Shown here piece by piece: positions 37,332 through 48,014 of a stretch of DNA of 64,000 bases. The notes under the pieces were generated by a model. It saw only the letters and a list, made by a program, of their open reading frames with translations, was not told where the DNA came from and did not search any database. The translations under genes and the position numbers were made by a program. The number at the start of each line of letters is the position of its first letter. The stretch's first letter is position 1. This DNA comes from an uncultured Clostridia bacterium (GTDB lineage: Bacteria; Bacillota; Clostridia; Christensenellales; CAG-917), in assembly GCA_944372795.1 (NCBI GenBank), contig CALWAF010000001.1, forward strand, positions 64,390 through 128,389, given 5' to 3'.

Positions 37332-39479
37332 TCAGGAATACATACCCACAACCTGTGAGAGTTTGTCCAGCATCAGTTGGCGTCCGTCTACATTGAGATG
37401 GATGCCGTCATTAAGGTATCGTATGCTATTTTCCGCAGAAATGCCTATTTCATCATACAGATCGAACACTTCAACATTGAATTCCGCGCATATCTCATTC
37501 AGCACACGAATATAATCCGCGTAGAACTCCTCATCGACGTCATATCTGTAGATCGGGGTGCACCATACGATTTCCGCATCAGGATACAGAGCGGTAAGTT
37601 TGCTCAAGACATATCTTATTGAGCCTGCAACCGTCGACACGTCGATGGACGCAGCGTTTCCGAGTTCGACATCGCCCATAAAATAGGAATACAGGTCGTG
37701 TGTTCCGCGTTGGACCAGTATTTTTCTCGGTGCGCCGTATCTGCCGAGTTTTTCTGCGTAGTAACCCGAATCGATGCGATCCACAAGGCCGGAACCGGCA
37801 TTCGACATTACGGTGCTTTCGTTGATGGTATCACGGAATATCGTATATCCCGTCACCTCGCCCAAGTCGTTTACGAGCGAGCCCGTGTAATCCTCGCTAA
37901 TGATATCGTCGCCTAACACCCAAAGAGCGTTTTCGATCGGCGTTCCGTCGTAGTTAAGCACGGAGAAGTATTTTATGTTGACCGACTCTACGCCGTTGAG
38001 TATCCCGTCAGTCGGAAAATCTATGTCATCATATTCAAGCAAAAGCAAGACCGTCTTCCCTTTAAGCTCTTCGGGTATGTCTGCTTCTATGAAACTCTCT
38101 CCGGCACTCAGGTTCGGATCGGTCGCGAACGCGCCTGTCTGCCACGACGAAAAGTGGTATATTTTATTCCCGTCCTCAACGTCGATCGCCGTGAAACGCA
38201 ATTTATACTTGAAAGTGGCATCGGACTGTCGATATTCGAAATGCGCGCGCACGGACGTTGCCTCTTCTCCCAGTGTGACTTTCGTCCACATATAAAGATT
38301 TGGCAGACCCCCCTCGGCAGTGTCGTCATCTTCAAGTCCGCTGTGGATATTGTCCCAGCCTCCCATTTCTATACAATATCCGCCGCCGGCAAACCAAGAG
38401 CTCGGTCCGGTGAAATATTCGTAATTCGCGAGCACGAAGTTGCGCGCATCGGCGCTTCCGGTGCCGCCCTCACGGAAATCCGCCCACACATGCCAACCGT
38501 CGGCAGTCGGCAAAGAAGTCACGGGGACTTCGTCGATGTAATCCGCAGGGAGCCAGTAATAGTCTATAAAATCGCCCGAAGGCTCCGTAACGGTCACATC
38601 CACTTCTTTTGTGATGCCCATAGCGGCCATTGTGATCGTGGCATTACCCATGGCATGAAAAGCGAGCCTGCCCTTTTCGTTTACGGTCACCACGCTTTCG
38701 TCGCTCGAAGACCATTCAGTGGGAATGGCTTCTCCGGCCGGGATAGCCTTCTCCGGCACCGCCATCTGGAACAAAACTCGATATGGTTCGTCCAAAGGCA
38801 CCGTGAGTTCCGTGATTTCCGTATAGAAATCATTGGAAACGATTTTAATGTCCTCAAGCTCGTAAGTGGCGATCTCAAGTTCGATGGACGCCGAGACCGA
38901 AGGTTCTCTTACGGCAGTTGCGGTTATGGTGAATACGCTCCCACCCTCAACAGTATCCGCGACCTCTACCACCCCTGCGGAAGTCACAGTTACGCCCGCA
39001 TTCTCGGGAGTGACGAAAAAGTTAAGATTCTTGGTCGTGGCGTTCTCCGGCAAAACCGAATATGCCAGCTGTTTGCGAACGCCCGTAGCGATTTCCGTGC
39101 GTTCTCCGTCCGCAAAAACGATGGCTGTGACCGGAACATACTCCTTGACTTTGACCGTTACGGACGTGCTTGCGCCTCCTCCCTGTATCGTGACGGTCGT
39201 CTCCCCTGCCGAAACTCCTTTCACCACTCCGGAACCGGAAACCGTTGCAACGGATGCATCCGCACTCGCGAACGAAAACCCGCCCGCATACGAAGACGGC
39301 TCCGCCTTGAGAGAAAGGATCACTTCATCACCTTCGGAAAGTGTCAAAACGCCGTCCGAAAGACCTCTTGCCGTAACGGATATGCTTTGCACCGCGACCG
39401 TGTTTTCGCTTTTGTCGTTGCAAGCAACGCACACGGTCAGACAAAGCAAGACCATCAGTAAGATCATTGCTTTCTTCAT
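37332..39479 (-). CDS. Lipoprotein: Big_2-like Ig domains, beta-sandwich module and SGNH-like domain with GDD in place of GDS
   Basis: Lipobox VCVACND; Ig-like repeats (ITVTARGLSDGVLTLSEGDEVIL...); C-terminal ALWVLGDDIISED ... YLNDGIHLNVDG. Confidence 0.75.
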   Translation of the reverse strand: MKKAMILLMVLLCLTVCVACNDKSENTVAVQSISVTARGLSDGVLTLSEGDEVILSLKAEPSSYAGGFSFASADASVATVSGSGVVKGVSAGETTVTIQGGGASTSVTVKVKEYVPVTAIVFADGERTEIATGVRKQLAYSVLPENATTKNLNFFVTPENAGVTVTSAGVVEVADTVEGGSVFTITATAVREPSVSASIELEIATYELEDIKIVSNDFYTEITELTVPLDEPYRVLFQMAVPEKAIPAGEAIPTEWSSSDESVVTVNEKGRLAFHAMGNATITMAAMGITKEVDVTVTEPSGDFIDYYWLPADYIDEVPVTSLPTADGWHVWADFREGGTGSADARNFVLANYEYFTGPSSWFAGGGYCIEMGGWDNIHSGLEDDDTAEGGLPNLYMWTKVTLGEEATSVRAHFEYRQSDATFKYKLRFTAIDVEDGNKIYHFSSWQTGAFATDPNLSAGESFIEADIPEELKGKTVLLLLEYDDIDFPTDGILNGVESVNIKYFSVLNYDGTPIENALWVLGDDIISEDYTGSLVNDLGEVTGYTIFRDTINESTVMSNAGSGLVDRIDSGYYAEKLGRYGAPRKILVQRGTHDLYSYFMGDVELGNAASIDVSTVAGSIRYVLSKLTALYPDAEIVWCTPIYRYDVDEEFYADYIRVLNEICAEFNVEVFDLYDEIGISAENSIRYLNDGIHLNVDGRQLMLDKLSQVVGMYS

Positions 39480-39484
39480 TGTGA

Positions 39485-41866
39485 TTACCTCCTGCCGCAA
39501 ATAATATCCGCAAGCGGATTTTTATTGCCGATACCATCCGTCCATTCGCTCGCCAACGGATAGATTACACCGGCGTCGGGCGCGTCCGTATCGAGGAGCA
39601 CATCGTTTATTATCGCATTGTGCACCAAATTCGCTTCGCTCTCGTTCTGCACCTCCGGCTTTTCGGCAAGGTGCAGATTCATACGTCCGTAAATACTGAC
39701 GTCGTTGCCGTCGTCATTGAGCCTCATCATGACGCAATGATATTTGAGCTGATTTATGAGAGTGACGCTCGAACTCGAAAGGGAAAGCACACTGCCCTCC
39801 GAATACATTCTGTCCGCGCCGCACCCGTTCATTGTGACCGTGCTGTTATGTGCTTCCAATATCCCTGCGGAACAGAACGTAAAAGCACTCATTATGCTTA
39901 CCGAGCTGTTGTTGACCACGAAGAATCGGGTGTGAGTTTCGGTATAGGTATAATAATTCCAAAGATTATTTACGCGCCACAGCCAACCTTCCTTGAACAG
40001 GTCGGGGAACTGCGCGCTGAACCCGGTCTGGGTAGCCACCGTCGCATTGGAAAAGATGTTTTCCACAAAACAGTTTTCCGCCCCGTCGATCCTTACCCCT
40101 TCGTTGAAAAACAAAGCCGGTATGTTCTTTATGACACAGTTATCGGCATTTTTCACATGTATTCCGTTGAAGCTGTTTGTCAAACCCACATTGGTCACAT
40201 AGGCTCTGTCGCCTGCAAGCCTTATGGTAAATGCGGACGGCGCGATCTCATATTCGCCGGGTTGCGGCATCCAGAGATTGTTGTCGGGATAACATATCCT
40301 CAAACCCGAGATACCCGCATTTTCGGACAGGGTCACGAATGCATCGGCTTCGGAGGCATTTTCTACCGCATCGTCGTAATAGGAAAAAATCACAGTCCCG
40401 AGATCGTTGCCGAGTGTGCCGCGATTCGTTGTCGATGAGCACCCTCTGAGCAAAACGTTACTGCCCACGGAAAGAGCTCGCGTAATTTTATAAAAACCTG
40501 CGGGCATATAGACTACGCCGCCACCTGCGGAAGACGCTGCCGAGAGTGCGGATTCGACCGCCGCGGTGTCATCCGTCAACGCATCTCCTTTCGCCCCGTA
40601 ATCCTTTACGTTGAACAACCTTGCTCCGGGCGCGGGCAAATCGGGCGTCACGGTGTTGACATCCGGGACCTCCGCCTTATTTACATATATCCTTTCCCCT
40701 GCCGCACGTCCGTCTATCTCCACTCCCGTGAGTCTGACATATCCGACGGGCGAATGATTTGCCACGGCGAAATTCTCTCCTTCTATCCTTCCGCCTGTAA
40801 ACAACATGCCCCAGCCTTTATACAGCGCATCGACCATGAGCCCGTAGCGGCAGTCGGTGATGTGTGAATCATAAAATCCGCCCATGAAGTCTATGGGGTT
40901 ATCGGGCTGTATACGCGTACCGTCTTGGATCTGGATTCCCACATAATATCCATCGACGTCGATCCCGTAATAAGGGGACCACTCCAGATCGCCGAGTTTA
41001 AGTCCGACCGCACTGTTTTTGGTCACTTCGTAAACCTCGTCATATGAAGGCGCATTGAACTTCTCGCCCGCCTCAGACCAGTACGAAGGAGAAAAGCATA
41101 CGTTCTTGTAATAACCGATGTCCGACTCATTGACGCTGTCAATGCCGACGAACAACGGCGTTCCTTTCAAATTTTCGATGACCAATCCTTCGTGCGCATC
41201 CTGCATCCCTATCTGAACATTAGGATTGACCGTGCGGCTTGCTACGACACCTCGATACGAATTAAGCAACGTCACGTTTTGGATGGTGAACTGTATGTGT
41301 TCAAGTATGGTGAAAGCTCCTCCCATGATCTCGAATGTCGCAGGGAATGGGCGAACATCACCCGCATATTGAGCGGGATACCATACCGTCAGACCGTTGA
41401 CGCCGCTGTTCGCGCGCAAACGGAACAATCCGCTCGTCAACTGCGCGGAGAACGGCACGTCCGCCACTATGACCGTCCCGTAATCCCCCGGACATTCATC
41501 GGGATCGCGCCAGTCGCCGGCTATGGTGATGTAATTGTCCACGGTCACGCTCCCCGTCAACAGATAAAAACCTTCGGGGAGATAGATCGTGCCGCCGCCC
41601 GTTGCACTCAGATCGGACACCGCGCGTTTAAGGACGGACGTCACGTCTTCCCTGCCGCTGTTATCGGCATTGTAAGGCGCTTCCGTAAGTACGATATCGG
41701 CAATGAGCGCCGCTTGAGCGCCATTGTCTGCACGGATCAGTCTGGGCTCCTGCGCCGGCACCGTATCCTGCGCCGAAGCCGATGGAATTTCTTTCATGGC
41801 AAAACCTCCCGAAAAGATCAGCAAACTTAACACGATGATTAGGGGAACAACAAATGCTTTTCTCAT
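39485..41866 (-). CDS. Secreted tandem parallel-beta-helix (pectate-lyase-3-like) protein
   Basis: VTSVLKRAVSDLSATGGGTIYLPEGFYLLTG and a second start FNVKDYGAKGDALTDDTAAVESALSAASSAGGGVVYMPAGFYKITRAL; signal peptide. Confidence 0.8.
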   Translation of the reverse strand: MRKAFVVPLIIVLSLLIFSGGFAMKEIPSASAQDTVPAQEPRLIRADNGAQAALIADIVLTEAPYNADNSGREDVTSVLKRAVSDLSATGGGTIYLPEGFYLLTGSVTVDNYITIAGDWRDPDECPGDYGTVIVADVPFSAQLTSGLFRLRANSGVNGLTVWYPAQYAGDVRPFPATFEIMGGAFTILEHIQFTIQNVTLLNSYRGVVASRTVNPNVQIGMQDAHEGLVIENLKGTPLFVGIDSVNESDIGYYKNVCFSPSYWSEAGEKFNAPSYDEVYEVTKNSAVGLKLGDLEWSPYYGIDVDGYYVGIQIQDGTRIQPDNPIDFMGGFYDSHITDCRYGLMVDALYKGWGMLFTGGRIEGENFAVANHSPVGYVRLTGVEIDGRAAGERIYVNKAEVPDVNTVTPDLPAPGARLFNVKDYGAKGDALTDDTAAVESALSAASSAGGGVVYMPAGFYKITRALSVGSNVLLRGCSSTTNRGTLGNDLGTVIFSYYDDAVENASEADAFVTLSENAGISGLRICYPDNNLWMPQPGEYEIAPSAFTIRLAGDRAYVTNVGLTNSFNGIHVKNADNCVIKNIPALFFNEGVRIDGAENCFVENIFSNATVATQTGFSAQFPDLFKEGWLWRVNNLWNYYTYTETHTRFFVVNNSSVSIMSAFTFCSAGILEAHNSTVTMNGCGADRMYSEGSVLSLSSSSVTLINQLKYHCVMMRLNDDGNDVSIYGRMNLHLAEKPEVQNESEANLVHNAIINDVLLDTDAPDAGVIYPLASEWTDGIGNKNPLADIICGRR

Positions 41867-42054
41867 TTCTTTTCTTTCACTCCTGTTTTTACGGTCAGCG
41901 CTATACCGACGACGGTGCAAATGAGATTCAATACCAGCGTAACGACAAGTATGACGAACTCCGGCGACCCTTTGACGGTAAACGGCAGTATGAACGCGCA
42001 CATTATAGCCAGCACGAAAGTCAGTCTGAAAAAAACCTTCCCTTTCAAGTCCAT
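41863..42054 (-). CDS. Small two-TM membrane protein
   Basis: 63 aa MDLKGKVFFRLTFVLAIMCAFILPFTVKGSPEFVILVVTLVLNLICTVVGIALTVKTGVKEKK; overlaps both neighbours by a few nt. Confidence 0.65.
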   Translation of the reverse strand: MDLKGKVFFRLTFVLAIMCAFILPFTVKGSPEFVILVVTLVLNLICTVVGIALTVKTGVKEKK

Positions 42055-43037
42055 ACAGGCACCTCCTCTATATTTCTGCACTTGACTTTTACCCCGTTGA
42101 TCTCGACGTAAGGGATATCTTCTTGCGAGCATTCTTCTGTCGCATACGGACAACGCGGCGCAAACGAACAGCCGCGCCCGCGCTCCGTCAGTTTCGTCAT
42201 TTCCATGCCTTTGACCGGGATCTCCCCACGTGTGCCCCTGTAAGAAGGGTCGGGCACCGGCACGGCAGTCACCAAAGCCTGCGTATAGGGGTGCTTTGGA
42301 TGGAACAGCACTTCGTCTATATTGCCAAGCTCTACTATATCGCCGAGATACATGACGCATATCCTGCCCTTGTCGGCTATATATTTTGCCGTGGCGAGAT
42401 CGTGCGTGATATAAATAAATGCGATTTTTAATTCGCGGTTCAGCTTCTCTATCAGTTTCAGTATCGCGATGCGCAACGACACGTCTATCATGCTTACGGG
42501 TTCGTCCGCTACGATAAGTTTCGGATTGAGTGCAAGCGCGCGTGCCATGAGCACCCTTTGTCTCTGTCCACCGGACAACTGGTGCGGATATTTGAACACA
42601 AAATGTTCTATCGGCGTCAGCCCCACAAATCCCATAAGTTCTTCGAGCCGCTGTTGCTTTTTTTCTTTGGAGATGCCCTTTTCGGCTATCTCGATCGCGG
42701 CGCAAAGCGACTGGTGGATGGTTTTCACGGGATTGAGCGCCGCATAACTGTCTTGTTGGATAAACTGCACGTTCCGTCTGTAGTCGCTTTTGTTATTGCG
42801 TTTTGTACGACGGATGTTTTCTCCGTTGAACAACACTTCTCCGGATGTAGGAGCCAGCAGACCCGTCACTATTTTCCCTATGGTGGTTTTGCCGCATCCG
42901 CTCTCCCCGACAACCGCAATTATCTCGTCATCGCCGATCGTAAGATCGAAATCCCTTATGACAACGGCGCGTTTTTCGGTCTGGAAGAACTTCCCCTTCA
43001 GGGCAAAACTCATATTTATATTTTTGAGTTCAAGCAT
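42045..43037 (-). CDS. Dpp/Opp-type ABC transporter ATP-binding protein (DppF/OppF-like)
   Basis: VVGESGCGKTTIGK, LSGGQRQRVLMARALALNPKLIVADEP, C-terminal GCSFAPRCPYA. Confidence 0.93.
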   Translation of the reverse strand: MLELKNINMSFALKGKFFQTEKRAVVIRDFDLTIGDDEIIAVVGESGCGKTTIGKIVTGLLAPTSGEVLFNGENIRRTKRNNKSDYRRNVQFIQQDSYAALNPVKTIHQSLCAAIEIAEKGISKEKKQQRLEELMGFVGLTPIEHFVFKYPHQLSGGQRQRVLMARALALNPKLIVADEPVSMIDVSLRIAILKLIEKLNRELKIAFIYITHDLATAKYIADKGRICVMYLGDIVELGNIDEVLFHPKHPYTQALVTAVPVPDPSYRGTRGEIPVKGMEMTKLTERGRGCSFAPRCPYATEECSQEDIPYVEINGVKVKCRNIEEVPVWT

Positions 43038-44031
43038 CTTGCTCCCCCTCCGCATACAAATGACATTTGACCATATGCCCTCCGCCCATATCGACATCGT
43101 CGGGGGACACGATCTCGCATCTTTCCGTCTTTTTTAAGCAGCGATCCGCAAATACGCATCCCGGAGGTAAATTCGTTATATCGATCGGCGTGCCCGGAAT
43201 TTCCGTCAATGTGTCGGCATCTCGCCTTAAAGACGGTGTCGCATTGATAAGCCCTTCCGTATACGGGTTGAATCTGCGGGCAAAGACATCCTCGACCGTG
43301 CCGAACTCCATAAGTCTGCCGCCATACATCACCCCCAGATTATCGGCGTATTCGGCGACCACCGCAATATCATGCGTAAGCAAGAGCATCGTCGTGCCGT
43401 ATTCTTCGTTGATGCTCTTCAACAATCCGAAAATATAAGATTGAGTGATGACGTCCAGCGCTGTCGTAGGCTCGTCGAGAATTATTATTTCCGGTCGGAG
43501 AAGCAGAGCTAAAGCTATCATCACGCGCTGTTTCATACCGCCGCTTATCTCATGCGGATAGCTGTCCAGCACTCTCTCGGAAAGATTTACGCGTTCCAGC
43601 AATTTAGCAAATATTTTGCGGGCTTCTTTTTTCGATTCCTTGCCGCCGTGAATTTTATATGTCTCGTAAAACTGATTCAGGATGGTCACGATGGGATTCA
43701 ACGAGCTTTGCGCCCCCTGAAAAACCATCGACACGATATCCCAACGGAAGTCGTTGAGCTGCTTTTCGTTCAATGCCGTCACGTCGATGTCTTCGCCGCG
43801 CTTTTCGGAATGCACGATGACCCTGCCTCCCACCACTCTGCCGGGAGACGTGATACAGTTCAACAGTGCGCTTGCCAAAGTAGTCTTTCCGCTCCCGCTT
43901 TCTCCGACGACCGCGGTTATTTTCCCCTTTTCGAGTTTCATCGAAACATCGTTTACGGCATGCAGACACAATCTGACCATCTCGTAGTCTATCGAAACGT
44001 GATCGAATTCAGCTATATAACGTTTCTCCAT
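43030..44031 (-). CDS. Dpp/Opp-type ABC transporter ATP-binding protein (DppD/OppD-like)
   Basis: [55 protein letters not shown]. Confidence 0.93.
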   Translation of the reverse strand: MEKRYIAEFDHVSIDYEMVRLCLHAVNDVSMKLEKGKITAVVGESGSGKTTLASALLNCITSPGRVVGGRVIVHSEKRGEDIDVTALNEKQLNDFRWDIVSMVFQGAQSSLNPIVTILNQFYETYKIHGGKESKKEARKIFAKLLERVNLSERVLDSYPHEISGGMKQRVMIALALLLRPEIIILDEPTTALDVITQSYIFGLLKSINEEYGTTMLLLTHDIAVVAEYADNLGVMYGGRLMEFGTVEDVFARRFNPYTEGLINATPSLRRDADTLTEIPGTPIDITNLPPGCVFADRCLKKTERCEIVSPDDVDMGGGHMVKCHLYAEGEQDA

Positions 44032-44039
44032 GCTACACC

Positions 44040-44945
44040 TCAGTTTTTACGCAGACGCGGATTCAATATCTCATCTACACCGTTTGCAAGCAGAACTATC
44101 CCGAGTTGGAACAGCACTATGCAGAATATGGGCGACAGGATGTACAAGATCGCACGACTGTTGAACAAAAATCCCTGCTGGAATATCAGATACAGCATCG
44201 TCCCCCAATTTGTGGAATCAAGCTCGGCAAGTCCGAGGAACATTATGCCGACGCTCCCCGTTATCGCGCCGCGCATTATGGTGATGAAATTGACCACGAT
44301 GTAGCTTGCGATATTCGGCATCAGTTCGCCGAATATGATCCGCCCTTTGTTCATGCCCATAACATGACATATTTGGATGAAATCACGCTCTTTGAGCGAA
44401 ATGATCTGGGCGCGTACAGCTCTTGCAAGCCCCGCCCAATTCCATACCGACAAGATGAGCGCGAACGTAAAATTGTCCTTTATGACTATCATCGTGCTCA
44501 ACACAAGCAACACGGGAAAACTCGGCACGGAAAGAAACAGGTTCGTGATCATTTGCAGCACTTTGTCCACGACTCCGCCGATCAGACCGCTCACGAGCCC
44601 GATGACAAGCCCGATGAATACGGTAAAGACACCCGTAAGAAAAGCTATCGCCAACACATCTTTGCTGCCTATCACGAGTTGAGAAAGCAGATCCCTACCG
44701 AGGTGGTCGGTCCCGAGCAAATGTTCCTTGGACGGAGCCTCGAATCGCATGCCTACGATCTGGGATTCCGGGAGACACGAGCCCGCTATCGCAACGATCA
44801 TAAACAATACGATTATGCTGAAACCGATGGCAGATTTCGGGTTGCCGTATATCGATTTGAAAAACGCCGCGATCCCGCCGAGTATTTTTTTTAGGATACG
44901 ACCGAGAGCCGATATCGATCTTTCCTTCACCACAGCCGTTTCCAT
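44040..44945 (-). CDS. Dpp/Opp-type ABC permease (DppC-like)
   Basis: HLLGTDHLGRDLLSQLVIGSKD, SVWNWAGLARAVRAQIISLKERDF. Confidence 0.92.
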   Translation of the reverse strand: METAVVKERSISALGRILKKILGGIAAFFKSIYGNPKSAIGFSIIVLFMIVAIAGSCLPESQIVGMRFEAPSKEHLLGTDHLGRDLLSQLVIGSKDVLAIAFLTGVFTVFIGLVIGLVSGLIGGVVDKVLQMITNLFLSVPSFPVLLVLSTMIVIKDNFTFALILSVWNWAGLARAVRAQIISLKERDFIQICHVMGMNKGRIIFGELMPNIASYIVVNFITIMRGAITGSVGIMFLGLAELDSTNWGTMLYLIFQQGFLFNSRAILYILSPIFCIVLFQLGIVLLANGVDEILNPRLRKN

Positions 44946-46045
44946 TACTCGCTCCTCCTTATTCTGGGATCTATGATGGAATACATGCTGTCGGCAATGA
45001 GGTTCGCGATGACGAGTATGGCGCTTTCAAAAAACAATATCCCGACTATCATGAAATAGTCTCGTTGCGCTATGTATAAGCTGAATGCCTGACCGAGTCC
45101 GGGATAGTTGAATATGGATTCCATAAGCGTAGACCCGCCAAACAGACCCGCAAAAGAAAGAGCAAGTGATGCAATCAGCGGAAGAATGGCATTCTTGCGC
45201 ATATATTTGCGTATGATAGTCCGCTGCGGCACGCCGCGCGTCCGCGCAGCCCAAATGTAATCTTCTCCCATAACTGCTACACTGCTTCCTCTCATAAGCA
45301 GCGCCCATCCCGCAGTCTGAATGAAAACATTGGCAAAAATGGGCAGTATGGCATGATATATGCAGCTGCCGATAAACTCCGCATTGAACCCTATTTCGTA
45401 CTCGATGCTGTACGCCCCCATCTGTGGGAACCATTCCAGCTGATACGCAAACAGATACAATATGATAACTGCGAAAATATAGTCAGGAATTGCGCTGCTG
45501 ACCACAATATAACTTGTCAGCATCGCATCTCCCGCTTTGCCGCGTTTCCACGCCATGAATGCCCCTATGAGCGTGCCGAGGCCGAAGCTGATGATAAGCG
45601 ACACGGTGGAGATAAACAGTGTCCACGGCAATGTTTTTGCTATCACACTGTTTACGTTTATAGTCGGGTTGACTATAGACACGCCGAGATTGCCGCGGAA
45701 CAAATTCGAAACATAGCTTCCGAATTTTTCGAAAACGGACTCATCCGGATCGTAACCGAGGATGGATATTGCAAGCTCCCTTGCCTCTTCGAACGGTATT
45801 CTCCTTTCTGTCGCGAGTTTAATCGCCATCTGATCGACACTGTCGGCGGGCATAAGTTCCAGCAGCAAAAAACTAAGGAACATCGCCAGCATAAGCGTAA
45901 CCAAAGCGATGCCTATACGCATCCAAAGGAAACGATATTTGTAAAAGAATTTACCGACAAGAATGCCTACTTTTTTCAATACCGATCCCGCTGCGGAAAA
46001 AGATCCTCTTAACGCGATCGATATGTCACGTCCCTCGTTCTTCAT
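44945..46045 (-). CDS. Dpp/Opp-type ABC permease (DppB-like)
   Basis: LIGAFMAWKRGKAGDAML, GVPQRTIIRKYMRKNAILPLI, MESIFNYPGLGQAF. Confidence 0.92.
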   Translation of the reverse strand: MKNEGRDISIALRGSFSAAGSVLKKVGILVGKFFYKYRFLWMRIGIALVTLMLAMFLSFLLLELMPADSVDQMAIKLATERRIPFEEARELAISILGYDPDESVFEKFGSYVSNLFRGNLGVSIVNPTINVNSVIAKTLPWTLFISTVSLIISFGLGTLIGAFMAWKRGKAGDAMLTSYIVVSSAIPDYIFAVIILYLFAYQLEWFPQMGAYSIEYEIGFNAEFIGSCIYHAILPIFANVFIQTAGWALLMRGSSVAVMGEDYIWAARTRGVPQRTIIRKYMRKNAILPLIASLALSFAGLFGGSTLMESIFNYPGLGQAFSLYIAQRDYFMIVGILFFESAILVIANLIADSMYSIIDPRIRRSE

Positions 46046-46057
46046 ATGCCACCTATC

Positions 46058-47998
46058 CTACGCACGCGGATAAAGCAGACCGCGCGCAAGTACGCTGCCC
46101 TGCGTATACCAGCTGTTGAGATCGGCAAATTCATCGAAATACTCGTCGCCCACCTGCGGGATATAAGTGATGTTCCTCGTTTCGGCGCAAAGCTCGTTGA
46201 CCGCGGGAAGCCCCCACACGCGGGATGCATTGAAGAAACTGCCGGTCACATTCTCAAAAAACTGAACGCCGAAGTTATACTGCGAAAAACCGTAAACGAT
46301 ATTCCCGACGGCTTCTGCGAGTTCATCACCTTCGATCATGAGTAGTTTGTCGATCTCATCCATGAGGTCCACCGTCCCCATCCCGTCCGGACGCGTCAAG
46401 GTAAGCTGCCATCTGCCGGTGACGTCGCTGGTGGGAAGATGAAGCATATGCGCGTCGAGCACATCGAAGAAGTGACGCATGAATCCGTACGGATGTGTGA
46501 AATAACTGTTGGCATCGGTGACGCCGACGACAAAATCGTAAATGCTGTTTTCCTGTCTGCCGGTGCTGAACCATGTATTCCAGTTCTCACCTATCTTTAT
46601 GGTCGTGGTGATGCCGAAAAGGTCAAGCGTGCTTTGAACGACTTGTCCCATGTTGACCATGAGAGTGTTGTTCTCCACTCCCAATGTCAGATCGACCCGC
46701 CTGCCGTTTTGGTCATACCACTTGCCATCGCGACGACTCCATCCCGCCTCCTGCAAAAGTTGCGCAGCCTTTTCCTGATTATAAGAATACTGTTTAAGTT
46801 TTGCGAAATCTTCCGGGAACATCAATATCTCTGCCTGCGATTTCGTCATGGTGAGCATCGAGTACCAGCTCGTGGCGCCATAAGGCTGCGCCATATTTTT
46901 GATGGCGTCACGATCGAAAATGTACTGGAACGCTTCTCTCACTTTGTCATTTTGCCAGATCTCTTTTTCAAGATTGAATATCAGACCGCAAGAGTTTTGG
47001 TCTATCATTTTGTAATGGACCATATTGGGATTTTCCGCAAGGATGTCCTCTATCGTTTCCGCAAGCGGCGCACCATCGAAATAATCGATGTCATTGTTGG
47101 CAAGCATCGAATAGATGAGATTTACATTATTTGGCGTCTGATACACGTAGATCTTGTCAAACGCCTGTGAATTGTCGAGATAATAATCCTCGTTTTTGAC
47201 AAGTATCATCTCGGTCTCGGTGTAGCGATCGAGCTTATACGGACCGGTGGCAACAAACCAATCCGGCTCGTAAGAGCGCATGCCGTTCAGTATCTCGCCC
47301 ATTTGCGCGGAAGCGGAACTGTTCCACTTCCTCCCGAAAGGCTGAACGATGTTGGTGCCGTAATCCTCTTCCAGATCGGTCGCATCGACAAGCTCCAGCG
47401 AATATATGACTTCGAGTGCCTGATCCACGTAAGTCTTGAATTCATCGTACTGCACGCTACCGAGCTTCGTATCGCATGAGAACAAAGCCGTTTTGGCCTC
47501 GTCGGTGGGCTCTCGATAAGTTTTCCAGTAGACTTTCACCGTATGCTCGTCCACTTCTTCGAGTTGCGTATAATATTTGCAGACATCATTCTGATAATCT
47601 ATCGCATAATAAGCGATTACATCTTTTGCGGTGAACGGAGTCCCGTCATGCCATTTCGCGTTCTGCCTAAGATGTATAAGCGACGTGGAATCGTCATTAT
47701 GTTCGATACTTTCGGCAAGTTGCCAATAGTAAGTATTCGTCGTACGCACGTGCTGCAAAAGCCCTTCCACTCCATACATGATCATGGGACCCGCATCCGT
47801 ACCGCCATGCCAATGATTGACTATGCCGGTCTTTGTCCAAGTACCGACCGTCCTCAAAGTCCTGTCTTGATTTTGACCGAGAGGTTCGTTGTAATCGACC
47901 GAGAGCCCTCCGGGCGAGGACGGATTGCATCCCGAAACGATAAACAACATCGCTATTACAAGAATTGCCGCAAGCAAAGCCACAGAATGTTTCCTCAT
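46058..47998 (-). CDS. ABC transporter substrate-binding lipoprotein (SBP_bac_5)
   Basis: 646 aa; lipobox VSGC; LRQNAKWHDGTPFTAKDVIAYY, ATGPYKLDRYTETEMILVKNEDYY. Confidence 0.92.
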   Translation of the reverse strand: MRKHSVALLAAILVIAMLFIVSGCNPSSPGGLSVDYNEPLGQNQDRTLRTVGTWTKTGIVNHWHGGTDAGPMIMYGVEGLLQHVRTTNTYYWQLAESIEHNDDSTSLIHLRQNAKWHDGTPFTAKDVIAYYAIDYQNDVCKYYTQLEEVDEHTVKVYWKTYREPTDEAKTALFSCDTKLGSVQYDEFKTYVDQALEVIYSLELVDATDLEEDYGTNIVQPFGRKWNSSASAQMGEILNGMRSYEPDWFVATGPYKLDRYTETEMILVKNEDYYLDNSQAFDKIYVYQTPNNVNLIYSMLANNDIDYFDGAPLAETIEDILAENPNMVHYKMIDQNSCGLIFNLEKEIWQNDKVREAFQYIFDRDAIKNMAQPYGATSWYSMLTMTKSQAEILMFPEDFAKLKQYSYNQEKAAQLLQEAGWSRRDGKWYDQNGRRVDLTLGVENNTLMVNMGQVVQSTLDLFGITTTIKIGENWNTWFSTGRQENSIYDFVVGVTDANSYFTHPYGFMRHFFDVLDAHMLHLPTSDVTGRWQLTLTRPDGMGTVDLMDEIDKLLMIEGDELAEAVGNIVYGFSQYNFGVQFFENVTGSFFNASRVWGLPAVNELCAETRNITYIPQVGDEYFDEFADLNSWYTQGSVLARGLLYPRA

Positions 47999-48014
47999 AA
48001 TTTCCTCCTTATCA

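Noticed and set aside
42045-47998. Simple dipeptide uptake operon
   Set aside because: Component families are Dpp/Opp-like, but the surrounding GH13/GH32/SGNH/beta-helix genes and shared operators argue for oligosaccharide transport; the peptide role cannot be excluded without tests.
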